Below, piece by piece: positions 51,584 through 60,164 of a stretch of DNA of 64,000 nt. Under the pieces are notes generated by a model that did no database searches, had not been told where the DNA came from, and saw nothing but the letters and a program-made list of their open reading frames with translations. Made by a program: the position numbers and the translations under genes. This DNA is from Coleofasciculus sp. B1-GNL1-01 (lineage in GTDB: Bacteria > Cyanobacteriota > Cyanobacteriia > Cyanobacteriales > Coleofasciculaceae). The stretch's first letter is position 1. Each line of letters opens with the position of its first letter. The stretch lies in NCBI GenBank assembly GCA_040220235.1, contig JAVJTO010000004.1. One strand, 5' to 3'.

Positions 51584-52270
51584 TTAGTCATCGACAAAAG
51601 TTCCGTTAGGGGGTGATAGTTTAGCGTTAAACGTTCCTTGAATCTCAGTTGCAGCTTCCGGTATGCACAAATAGAGTTTGCCCGGAAGGTAATCTCCCTG
51701 TCGCTGACCAATCTGCAAAAATACCCGGTAATCTGGATAGTCAAGCGAAGTACTGTAAGACCACAATATATAATGATCGCCATCTGAATTATCTTGCAGA
51801 TTCTTTACATACTCCGTCGCGGCAACACGGTAATCCCAGATACTTTCACGTTCTGTGCCATATCTTCCTCCGTAAGCATAAGTTGTTCCTTCCGCCTTGG
51901 AGGTGTAGTATTCTATCGGTTCTACAGGAGATGAAGATTCAACTGGGTCAAAATATGAAGATCCAACTGGGATGTCAAAACTAAATCGCACTGTGATTGC
52001 CTGCGGATCAAGATTACCCTGTTGTATCCGTAAATAAAGAAGAGAAATATCTGACTTGTCTAAGGAAAACTTGCGCCCATAAACTTGACCAGAAACAGGA
52101 GTATTTGGTATTTCTTCAACCGTTGGTATTTCTGGACAATTAATCGGTTCCGGCGGAGGGATTGGCTGGGGGCGCGATTGTCCGAGAAAGGGGATGCTGT
52201 CTCCTGAACAACTTGCCATTGTTATGGCAGCTACTATTATTACAAGGTCTATTCTTGTTCGAGGTTTCAT
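51584..52270 (-). CDS. Putative lipoprotein, candidate immunity protein (paralog 1)
   Basis: MKPRTRIDLVIIVAAITMASC; starts 15 nt after the DUF4157-A stop. Confidence 0.75.
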   Translation of the reverse strand: MKPRTRIDLVIIVAAITMASCSGDSIPFLGQSRPQPIPPPEPINCPEIPTVEEIPNTPVSGQVYGRKFSLDKSDISLLYLRIQQGNLDPQAITVRFSFDIPVGSSYFDPVESSSPVEPIEYYTSKAEGTTYAYGGRYGTERESIWDYRVAATEYVKNLQDNSDGDHYILWSYSTSLDYPDYRVFLQIGQRQGDYLPGKLYLCIPEAATEIQGTFNAKLSPPNGTFVDD

Positions 52271-52285
52271 TTTCGGCTTATTTTC

Positions 52286-53767
52286 TCATTGTTGCAAAGG
52301 CATATTCACTCGCTCATTTTCATGTTTAGTAACATAGCTATGACTACCATCATCAGGATCGACGTCTTTACTCTTAACTTTTTGAGAGACATAAACGCCA
52401 TCTGGAGTATGATTGCCATCACCTCCGGATTCAATGGGATTACCACCTGCATTCCCCGCAGAACTTATATAGAGAGAAATCTCATGAGTGTGGGCATAGT
52501 AGCTGTTGGTTCCGCCTAAAGAAAACTCTTCAATATTTGCCTTAAAATCCTGTTCACTGCTGAAATTGGTGCCAATATTGGCATTTGCTTCTACAGGAAG
52601 CAGTTTTTTAATTGGCAACCTTCCAGAAGCACCGAGACTTCCCTCGAGTTGCCGACGATTATGAACGCCAAAGTTGAAATTCATGTTAGGTGTTTCCCAG
52701 GTTTTAGCATTCTTTAAGATGTAGGTGGCACTAAACTTGTATCCTTCATGTCCTCCCCCGAAATCTTTTGGTTCTGTTTTGGCGCTGGAAACCATTAACC
52801 GAACGTGGCTACCAACGGTTTTATCACCGAGAAATAATCGTGGTGTTCCTTGGAATTTGCCTTGGGTTGCGCCCAATGTAGCAGAGATTCTAGGATTAAT
52901 GTAATAGGTTCCCTCACTGCCTAAATTTCCGCCTCTTCCCGCCAAAGCACTGCCAAAATTTCTCTCATCAATCAATTTGACCTCTGCGGATGCCCAAACA
53001 TCTTGCCCGATCGCACTCGGTTGTCGCGGTGCATTTTCGGCTTGTGCCATTACCGAAGGCATCGACGGCGCGATCGCAGTGTCTCCTATATACTCTCCTA
53101 ATAAAGGTTCAGCCGATTTCCCCGCTACCACGGCATCCGCTACCGCATCGGCGTGCTGTTCATATTTATCCCCCACCTGTCCCAAACCATCCTTCAGTTG
53201 CACTTTCCCAGATTGTTGCTGCATGACATGCGCTGCTTCATGGGCTGCCAATCCGACACTCGGAGTCTTAGCAAAGGCAATCCGATTTCCAGAGGTATAA
53301 GCCGCCGCCCCCAACTGCTGAGATGCCGCCGCCGCCTCTTTGCCCATATAGGCTTGAACATGGGATAAGTCTTGACCAAAGGACTGTTGGATTTTATCCA
53401 GATGTGGTAATTGTCTCGGTGTTCCCCTAAATCCATCCCCGGCAATGTCTTGGGGTGACTTGTGTTGCACCGCCTCCCCATTGTCTTTAAGTTGCACCCC
53501 ATCCTCGGCTTCACCGTGGGCATCTTTGGGCTGGATGGCTTGCATTTGTGCCTGTCTTGGCATCGCCTCATCCATTCCCTCAAGCAGCTTTGCCTGAATT
53601 AAATCTCGGTCATAACTCGAATAAGCGCGAGTCACCTTTCCAGAAGCCGACGGTTGTTTGGCTTGCGACTGTACAGGAAATCGCGGTGGTGCAAACCCTG
53701 TAGCACTATCTTTGGGCGCAGGAGTGGGTGGAATAAACGAAGGTTTCTTCTGTTGAGCTTCTTGCAT
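52286..53767 (-). CDS. DUF4157 (eCIS core domain) protein A with unique beta-rich C-terminus
   Basis: LPHLDKIQQSFGQDLSHVQAY, LGAAAYTSGNRIAF, AAHEAAHVMQQ, YEQHADAVADAVV. Confidence 0.85.
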   Translation of the reverse strand: MQEAQQKKPSFIPPTPAPKDSATGFAPPRFPVQSQAKQPSASGKVTRAYSSYDRDLIQAKLLEGMDEAMPRQAQMQAIQPKDAHGEAEDGVQLKDNGEAVQHKSPQDIAGDGFRGTPRQLPHLDKIQQSFGQDLSHVQAYMGKEAAAASQQLGAAAYTSGNRIAFAKTPSVGLAAHEAAHVMQQQSGKVQLKDGLGQVGDKYEQHADAVADAVVAGKSAEPLLGEYIGDTAIAPSMPSVMAQAENAPRQPSAIGQDVWASAEVKLIDERNFGSALAGRGGNLGSEGTYYINPRISATLGATQGKFQGTPRLFLGDKTVGSHVRLMVSSAKTEPKDFGGGHEGYKFSATYILKNAKTWETPNMNFNFGVHNRRQLEGSLGASGRLPIKKLLPVEANANIGTNFSSEQDFKANIEEFSLGGTNSYYAHTHEISLYISSAGNAGGNPIESGGDGNHTPDGVYVSQKVKSKDVDPDDGSHSYVTKHENERVNMPLQQ

Positions 53768-53873
53768 AAGCTGATGACTATATAACTTGCAATTAATTGA
53801 GCAAAACTATATGCTGTATATAAAAATTATATCGGACAAATTCGACTTCCACGTCAGGGGTTCTACCCATTCT

Positions 53874-54170
53874 ATGACTTCTACAGCAATAAATTGGTAC
53901 AAAGCCAATTATCAATATTTGATGACATCGGTTAACCGAGTTTATCGTCATATTAAATGCTATATTTCCCACAAACAGAATCAGACAACTGACCCAAACC
54001 CGGATTTTCCCCCACCGGAAACGCCTAACTCGGCGATTCCCTTTGCCTTGGATATCCTCTGCACCCAATTCGGCTTATCGGCTTGCGATCGCGATATCCT
54101 TCTCCTATGCGTGGGTATGGAACTCGACCCGGATTTTCCCTTACTCTGTCGCCAAACCCTGAAAAGGTGA
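53874..54170 (+). pseudogene. Truncated copy of the AAA ATPase N-terminus
   Basis: Near-identical to 57110-57391 up to 54155, then an early stop. Confidence 0.85.
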
Positions 54171-54256
54171 AATGCTCTGTCTGTCAAGCGCTTGAGCTGC
54201 TTGTCACCCCTTCAACCATTACTCCTTTACTGGCTATACTGTGTCAACTCGATAAA

Positions 54257-55360
54257 TCAGTTCGTGGGAGTCCAAATGTACCTTCCTGTGTTATCGATAT
54301 AACCTGGCTTGCTGTCAATTGTCACCCATGCCAATCCTTGGGAAAATTCACTGGCAAAATTAAATTGAGGCTCGATTATGATCTGCCCACTTTTATTAAT
54401 ATAGCCCCACTTTTCACCCACGGCTACAGCAGCTAGCCCTTCAGAAAAGTCTTTGACTTCATCAAACTCCGTTTTAATCACCATCTGACCTGTTTTATCA
54501 ACATAGCCCCAAGTCAGATCGGCCATTTCTAGTGGTCCTTCCCGAACAGGTGGACCTGTGACTACGACAGCTAACCCTTCAGAGAAATCAAAAGCCTGTC
54601 TAAACTGTAAATCAATAGCGATTTGTCCAGTCTTGTCGATATAGCCCCACTCGACACCCGATCTCACCACTGCCAAACCTTCGGAGAAACTTCTATCTAA
54701 ACTCAAAGGTGACTCAATAACAAACTGCCCCGTTTTGTTGATATAACCTGATTGTTTGCCAAGCCTAACTAATGCCAGTCCTTCGGAAAAGTCTCTAGCT
54801 TCATGAAACTGCGGTTGGATAATTATCTTGCCCGTCTTATCGATATAGCCCCACTTACCATTAATCGCGACACTAGCTAGCCCTTCGGAAAACCGATACG
54901 TTGTATCAAATTGTGGTGGGATAACCAGTTTGCCAGTCTTGTTAATATAACCTATTTTACCACCAATACCTACAGCAGCTAGTCCTTCGGAAAAGGAAGA
55001 AGCACGATCAAACTGCGGTTCAATAATAATCTGCCCAGTTTTGTCAATGAAGCCATTCTTACCCCCAATTCTGACCCATGCTAGTCCTTCAGAAAAAAAA
55101 CCAGCTTCATCAAACTGGGGTTTAACCATAATCTGCCCCGTTGAGTTTATATAACCATATTTATCACGCTGAATAATCGGAAGTAATTGATTTGTTTCTT
55201 GACTTTCTACCCGTGAGGGATTGGGTGAGTCAACTGACTCCAATGAATTGTTTAAGATTAACCTCTGCTCTTGCGGACTACAGGAAATTGAAGCGGAAAG
55301 AGCCAGTCCTAAAAACATCAAAATTATTTGAACAACCTTTTTGTTGAAGTTAGGCAACAT
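54257..55360 (-). CDS. Exported WG-repeat (KWG-type) protein, candidate immunity protein
   Basis: Signal/lipobox LALSASISC; about 6 repeats of FSEGLA.V..GGKWGYIDKTG..II.PQF. Confidence 0.85.
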   Translation of the reverse strand: MLPNFNKKVVQIILMFLGLALSASISCSPQEQRLILNNSLESVDSPNPSRVESQETNQLLPIIQRDKYGYINSTGQIMVKPQFDEAGFFSEGLAWVRIGGKNGFIDKTGQIIIEPQFDRASSFSEGLAAVGIGGKIGYINKTGKLVIPPQFDTTYRFSEGLASVAINGKWGYIDKTGKIIIQPQFHEARDFSEGLALVRLGKQSGYINKTGQFVIESPLSLDRSFSEGLAVVRSGVEWGYIDKTGQIAIDLQFRQAFDFSEGLAVVVTGPPVREGPLEMADLTWGYVDKTGQMVIKTEFDEVKDFSEGLAAVAVGEKWGYINKSGQIIIEPQFNFASEFSQGLAWVTIDSKPGYIDNTGRYIWTPTN

Positions 55361-55548
55361 ACTGGTCTTCAAAACTAGATTTTAACATAGATTTTTACTA
55401 ATTATACCAAATAATTTTAGCTCAACTTAGTTAGAATAAGTCGCCATCCGATGCCCTGTATAATTCCTCACATTCAGATAAGTCATTGTTCTCAATCTAC
55501 TAGAGAGGCTAGCCGTCTCATTGTATCAATTGACCTCAGCGCAGATTG

Positions 55549-57003
55549 TTAGTTTCCACGACAGTTTATCCGTGCAATTGTTCCTACAAAATGGACACCT
55601 CGGCGTTTGTTAATCAGATATTTATAGATATCCGACCAAACATTATCAGTAACTGTTATGCACCCCGCTGAACCACGTCCACGGTGTAAGTATTCATCTC
55701 CTTGGGGTCCCTCGTAAACTCTAAACCAGACTGTAGCATAGTCTCCATATTGATTACCCCCAGGATGAGGAAAATCAGGAAGTCGCAGGGCATAAGTCAC
55801 ACCACAGTGTATCTTGTCAACACCCCAAGCGACATTTATGATTGCACGTGCACGTTTACTTCCATAGGTGAGTTGTTCCGTTTGGTCGTTATAGGTGAGA
55901 TCTGCCGACCCACCCCAAGTCATAGTATCGTCAAGATAGCCGGGTGCGAGACTGAGTTTTTTTCCGTATACTTCTGTTTCATGTCCTTCCAAGGACTCAA
56001 AGTAATCTCGCCCCTGCCTAAATCCCTCATATTTAACTTTCAAATAATCAGGTAAACTAATTCGTTGACCACTCTCGTCTAGGGCTGTCACCCATCCGCT
56101 TGTTCCTCCTGCCCAACCTTGATAACCACGAGTATTAACTCCTAGTGTTTGCCCGATTTGAAAACTTGTAGCAGGGCGATCAGCTTGAGCTTGAATATTT
56201 CCTACTTCCCCCTTCATCAGTTGGTGCTGAATAGTCTTGGTTTGAGGGAACATTGGTAACTTTAATTTACTCTGTGAGTCCTCACCCTGTACAAAATTGG
56301 GATAGTCCTCTTGTAGAGGTGGTGCTACTCCTGTATACTCTCCTAATAAAGGTTCAGCCGATTTCCCAGCTACCACAGCATCCGCTACCGCATCGGCGTG
56401 CTGTTCATATTTATCCCCTACCTGCCCCAAACCATCCTTGAGTTGCACCTTCCCTGATTGTTGCTGCACCGTATGGGCGGCTTCATGGGCTGCCAATCCG
56501 ACACTCGGACTCTTGGCAAAAGCAATCCGATTTCCAGAGGTATAAGCCGCTGCCCCCAACTTCTGAGATGCCGCCGCCGCCTCTTTACCCGTATACGCTT
56601 GAACATGGGACAAGTCTTGACCAAAGGACTTTTGGATCTTATCCAGATGCGGTAGTTGTCTGGGCGTTTCTGTGAATCCATCAGCGGCAATGTCTTGGGG
56701 TGACTTCTGTTGTACCGACTCCCCATCGTCTTTAAGTTGCACCCCATCCTCGGCTTCACAGTGGGCACATTTCGACTGGATGGCTTCAGTTTGCGCCTGC
56801 TTTTGAATCGCCTCATCCATCCCCTGAAGCAGCTTTGACTGAATTAAATCTCTCTGATCACTCGAATAAGCGCGAGTTGCCTTTGACAGTGGTTTGGCGT
56901 GTGACTGTACGGGAAATCGCGGTGGCGCAAACCCTTGATCACTGTTTTTGGGCGCAGGAGTGGGTGGAATAAACGAAGGTTTCTTCTGTTGAGCTTCCTG
57001 CAT
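55549..57003 (-). CDS. DUF4157 protein B with C-terminal L,D-transpeptidase/Tlde1-like domain
   Basis: Same N-terminus and DUF4157 domain as protein A (AAHEAAHTVQQ); C-terminal YLHRGRGSAGCITV. Confidence 0.82.
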   Translation of the reverse strand: MQEAQQKKPSFIPPTPAPKNSDQGFAPPRFPVQSHAKPLSKATRAYSSDQRDLIQSKLLQGMDEAIQKQAQTEAIQSKCAHCEAEDGVQLKDDGESVQQKSPQDIAADGFTETPRQLPHLDKIQKSFGQDLSHVQAYTGKEAAAASQKLGAAAYTSGNRIAFAKSPSVGLAAHEAAHTVQQQSGKVQLKDGLGQVGDKYEQHADAVADAVVAGKSAEPLLGEYTGVAPPLQEDYPNFVQGEDSQSKLKLPMFPQTKTIQHQLMKGEVGNIQAQADRPATSFQIGQTLGVNTRGYQGWAGGTSGWVTALDESGQRISLPDYLKVKYEGFRQGRDYFESLEGHETEVYGKKLSLAPGYLDDTMTWGGSADLTYNDQTEQLTYGSKRARAIINVAWGVDKIHCGVTYALRLPDFPHPGGNQYGDYATVWFRVYEGPQGDEYLHRGRGSAGCITVTDNVWSDIYKYLINKRRGVHFVGTIARINCRGN

Positions 57004-57109
57004 AAGCTGATGACTATATAACTTGCAATTAATTGGGCAAAACTATATGCTGTATATAAAAATCATATCGGACAAATTCGACTTCCACGTCAGGGGTTCT
57101 ACCCATTCT

Positions 57110-59155
57110 ATGAATTCTACAGCAATAAATTGGTACAAAGCCAATTATCAATATTTGATGACCTCGGTTAACCGAGTTTATCGTCATCTTGAATGCTATA
57201 TTTCCCACAAACAGAATCAGACAACTGACCCAAACCCGGATTTTCCCCCACCGGAAACGCCCAACTCGGCGATTCCCTTTGCCTTGGATATCCTCTGCAC
57301 CCAATTTGGCTTATCGGCTTGCGATCGCGATATCCTCCTCCTATGTGTAGGTATGGAACTCGACCCCGATTTCCCGTCACTCTGTCGCCAAGCCAGTGGT
57401 GACTCCCAGAATAATTACCCGACTCTGAGTTTAGCCTTATCTGTCTTACCCAACATCAGTTTAAGCGTCCTAGGACGACAATCCCCCTTACAATATTGGC
57501 AACTGATTGAAATCGCTCCAGGTGTAATCTTAACTCAATCGCCCCTACGAATTGACCCCCGTATCCTCTGCTATCTTTTAGGCGAACCCAGCATCGATGC
57601 TCAACTTGATGAGCGAGTTAACCTCCTAGATCTCGGCTTAACCGGAGAATTAGCCCTTCCCCCATCCCATCAGCAAATCGCCCAGATCATTGCTTCGGCT
57701 TGGTCTGAATCTACCCCCACCTCAAACCTGCCAATTATCGAATTGTCTGGCTCAGATTTGACCACAAAACGCCGCATTGCTGCTGAAGCCACAACGTTAT
57801 TTGGCTGTTCTATCCGTCGTATGTCAGCAACGGTACTCCCCTCAGAATCCACCCAACTGCATCAATTGCGGCGACGCTGGGAACGGGAAGCTATCTTAAC
57901 CAATTGTGTATTGTTCCTCGAATGTGACTCTCTGAACATGGGAGATGCACCAGGAGTATCACTGATTTCTCAATTTATTGCTGAAATCAGTACCCCCCTA
58001 ATCCTGAGTAGCCAACAGCGACTCCCCGCGACAGAACGCTCCCTAACCACCTACGATATACCCAAACTCACTCCCCAAGAACAACGTTCCCTATTTTTCA
58101 CCTATCTAGCAGACAACGGAAACGAACTCAATGGCGAGGTTAATCGCTTAATCGCCCAATTCAATCTCAGCCAAAGTGCGATTCATTCCGTCTGTACCCA
58201 AGCCATCCATCAGGTTAATCGCAATGATCACACCAATTTAGGAACAACCCTGTGGAATACCAGCCGCCACCAAGCCCGTCCTCGCCTAGATGCACTCGCC
58301 CAACGCATTGAAACGCCAATGACGTGGGATGACCTGATTCTGCCAGAATCCCAACTCAAAACCCTGAAGGAAATTGTCGCCCACACCCGCCAACGCGCCA
58401 AAGTCTACCAGGATTGGGGAATGGGGGGAAAACAGAGTAGAGGATTGGGACTGACGGCGTTATTCTATGGTCAAAGTGGTACAGGTAAAACCACTGCTGC
58501 TGAAATTATTGCCAAAGAACTGCACCTCGATTTGTACCGCATTGATTTGAGTGCAGTTGTCAGTAAATATATCGGAGAAACGGAGAAAAACCTAGCTCAA
58601 ATCTTTGACGCGGCTGAAGTCGGCGGTGTAGTCTTATTATTCGACGAAGCCGACTCTTTATTTGCCAAACGCGGTCAAGTCAAAGACGCCCGCGATCGCT
58701 ATGCTAACCAAGAAGTCAGTTATCTACTCCAACGCTTAGAAAGCTATCAAGGGTTGGCGATTCTCACGACCAACTTAAGAGACTCGATTGACTCAGCCTT
58801 TGAGCGACGATTGCGTTTTGTATTGGAATTTCCCTTCCCAGATGCAATGCAACGAGAGCAGATTTGGCGGCGCGTCTTTCCCAAGTCTACTCCCACCCGA
58901 CGATTGAATTTTGAGAAGTTAGCGCGGCTGGCTGTTTCCGGAGGTAGTATCCACAATATTGCTTTAGCCGCAGCCTTTCTCGCCGCTGAAGCCTCAGAAC
59001 CAGTAGGGATGAAGCATCTATTAGCAGCCGCGCAAACTGAAGGGATCAAGATGCAGATTCAAACCGTGATTAGTGTTGGTACTCAGGATTGGCTGGAACC
59101 ATCGAAATCTAAATCTAAGTCAAAATCTAAATCCAAATATAGCGCTACGCGCTAG
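57110..59155 (+). CDS. eCIS-type (Pvc15/Afp15-like) AAA+ ATPase with N-terminal winged-helix region
   Basis: NWYKANYQYL, DILLLCVGMELD, PLRIDPRIL, WDDLILP, LFYGQSGTGKT, IDLSAVVSKYIGETEKNL, LLFDEADSLF, DRYANQEVSYLLQRLE. Confidence 0.88.
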   Translation: MNSTAINWYKANYQYLMTSVNRVYRHLECYISHKQNQTTDPNPDFPPPETPNSAIPFALDILCTQFGLSACDRDILLLCVGMELDPDFPSLCRQASGDSQNNYPTLSLALSVLPNISLSVLGRQSPLQYWQLIEIAPGVILTQSPLRIDPRILCYLLGEPSIDAQLDERVNLLDLGLTGELALPPSHQQIAQIIASAWSESTPTSNLPIIELSGSDLTTKRRIAAEATTLFGCSIRRMSATVLPSESTQLHQLRRRWEREAILTNCVLFLECDSLNMGDAPGVSLISQFIAEISTPLILSSQQRLPATERSLTTYDIPKLTPQEQRSLFFTYLADNGNELNGEVNRLIAQFNLSQSAIHSVCTQAIHQVNRNDHTNLGTTLWNTSRHQARPRLDALAQRIETPMTWDDLILPESQLKTLKEIVAHTRQRAKVYQDWGMGGKQSRGLGLTALFYGQSGTGKTTAAEIIAKELHLDLYRIDLSAVVSKYIGETEKNLAQIFDAAEVGGVVLLFDEADSLFAKRGQVKDARDRYANQEVSYLLQRLESYQGLAILTTNLRDSIDSAFERRLRFVLEFPFPDAMQREQIWRRVFPKSTPTRRLNFEKLARLAVSGGSIHNIALAAAFLAAEASEPVGMKHLLAAAQTEGIKMQIQTVISVGTQDWLEPSKSKSKSKSKSKYSATR

Positions 59156-59250
59156 GCAATAGGCAATAGGCAATAGGCAATAGGGTAATGGGTTATAGAA
59201 ATGTTGTCTTCCATCTCCCCTGCTCCCCTGCTCCCCTGCTCCCCTGCTCC
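59154..59250. repeat. Short tandem arrays (AGGCAAT)x4 and (TGCTCCCC)x~4
   Basis: Visible tandem copies between the ATPase stop and the tRNA. Confidence 0.8.
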
Positions 59251-59374
59251 CTACCCCCACCACAAGACTTATTCAGCAGCCCCTACATTAATCCAACTAT
59301 CAATCCCCACCCTGTAAGAGAGTGGGGAATTCCGCCGAATCGATTAATCAAATTATTTTTTCGGGTAGATGCGA

Positions 59375-59446
59375 CTGGGGTGCCAGGATTCGAACCTGGG
59401 AATGGCGGGACCAAAACCCGCTGCCTTACCGCTTGGCTACACCCCA
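59375..59446 (-). tRNA. trnQ: tRNA-Gln(UUG)
   Basis: TGGGGTGTAGCCAAGCGGTAAGGCAGCGGGTTTTGGTCCCGCCATTCCCAGGTTCGAATCCTGGCACCCCAG; cloverleaf, anticodon TTG. Confidence 0.97.
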
Positions 59447-59930
59447 ATGTGTGTACCTTGCTTATATTAGCAGTTGTAGCTGGGAATATGTCAAGAGATT
59501 TTGGAAAATTGGCTGATTTCTCCTGATCTCAGGGAACAGAAGGCTCAATTTACGCGGCGGACTCCCCATCTATAAACAAGTGTTAAGATAAGCTAAGATT
59601 ATTTAACTCGTTTGCCAAGGGTAAAAAAGTTAATATAATCTTTATATTACGCTTGAATCCCCTACAATAAGGCATTGGCTGCATTGATCAGGGGAACGTA
59701 GCTTTTACATATCTTCAGGTTAGGAGGATTTCTGTCCAAGGGTTGACCTCAATTTGTATTCTTTTGTAAAGAAAAAATTTGATAGCATGTCGAGTTGTCA
59801 CCATACCGTCAGACCCAGTAAGAGCAACGCTCTACTGGCGATTTATAGCTAGGGGTGACTATAGCTGAAGACAACTCGTTATAGAACCTGGCACAACTTT
59901 AACCTACCGATTAACGCTGGAGATTCACTA

Positions 59931-60164
59931 ATGAGATTAATTCGCGAAATTGTTCAAGAAGCGGAAAAGACTGGCTACCTGACCCTGCAAGCTGAAGACC
60001 AATTGCGTCAGCTTTTAGCGAACAAGTACGACTGGGAAGACTTTACCGCGTTCATCCAATTACAGCAAGCAGTAATGGAAGAACGGGTGAAGCAAGAGTC
60101 TCGTGAGCTACTCTACACGTTATCCTCTTGCCACACCCCTACCCCTTGCCATCAAGCGGGATAG
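59931..60164 (+). CDS. Small conserved-looking cyanobacterial hypothetical protein
   Basis: GGAG SD; IREIVQEA..TGYLT..AEDQLRQLL...LQQAVMEERVKQESRE. Confidence 0.7.
   Translation: MRLIREIVQEAEKTGYLTLQAEDQLRQLLANKYDWEDFTAFIQLQQAVMEERVKQESRELLYTLSSCHTPTPCHQAG

Noticed and set aside
57023..57109. Extended TTG start for the ATPase (and 53787 for its copy)
   Set aside because: Leaves only 19 bp for divergent promoters; family-like sequence begins at ATG 57110
59375..59446. tRNA-Gln as att site of an integrative island
   Set aside because: I found no duplicated tRNA 3' end and no integrase in the window
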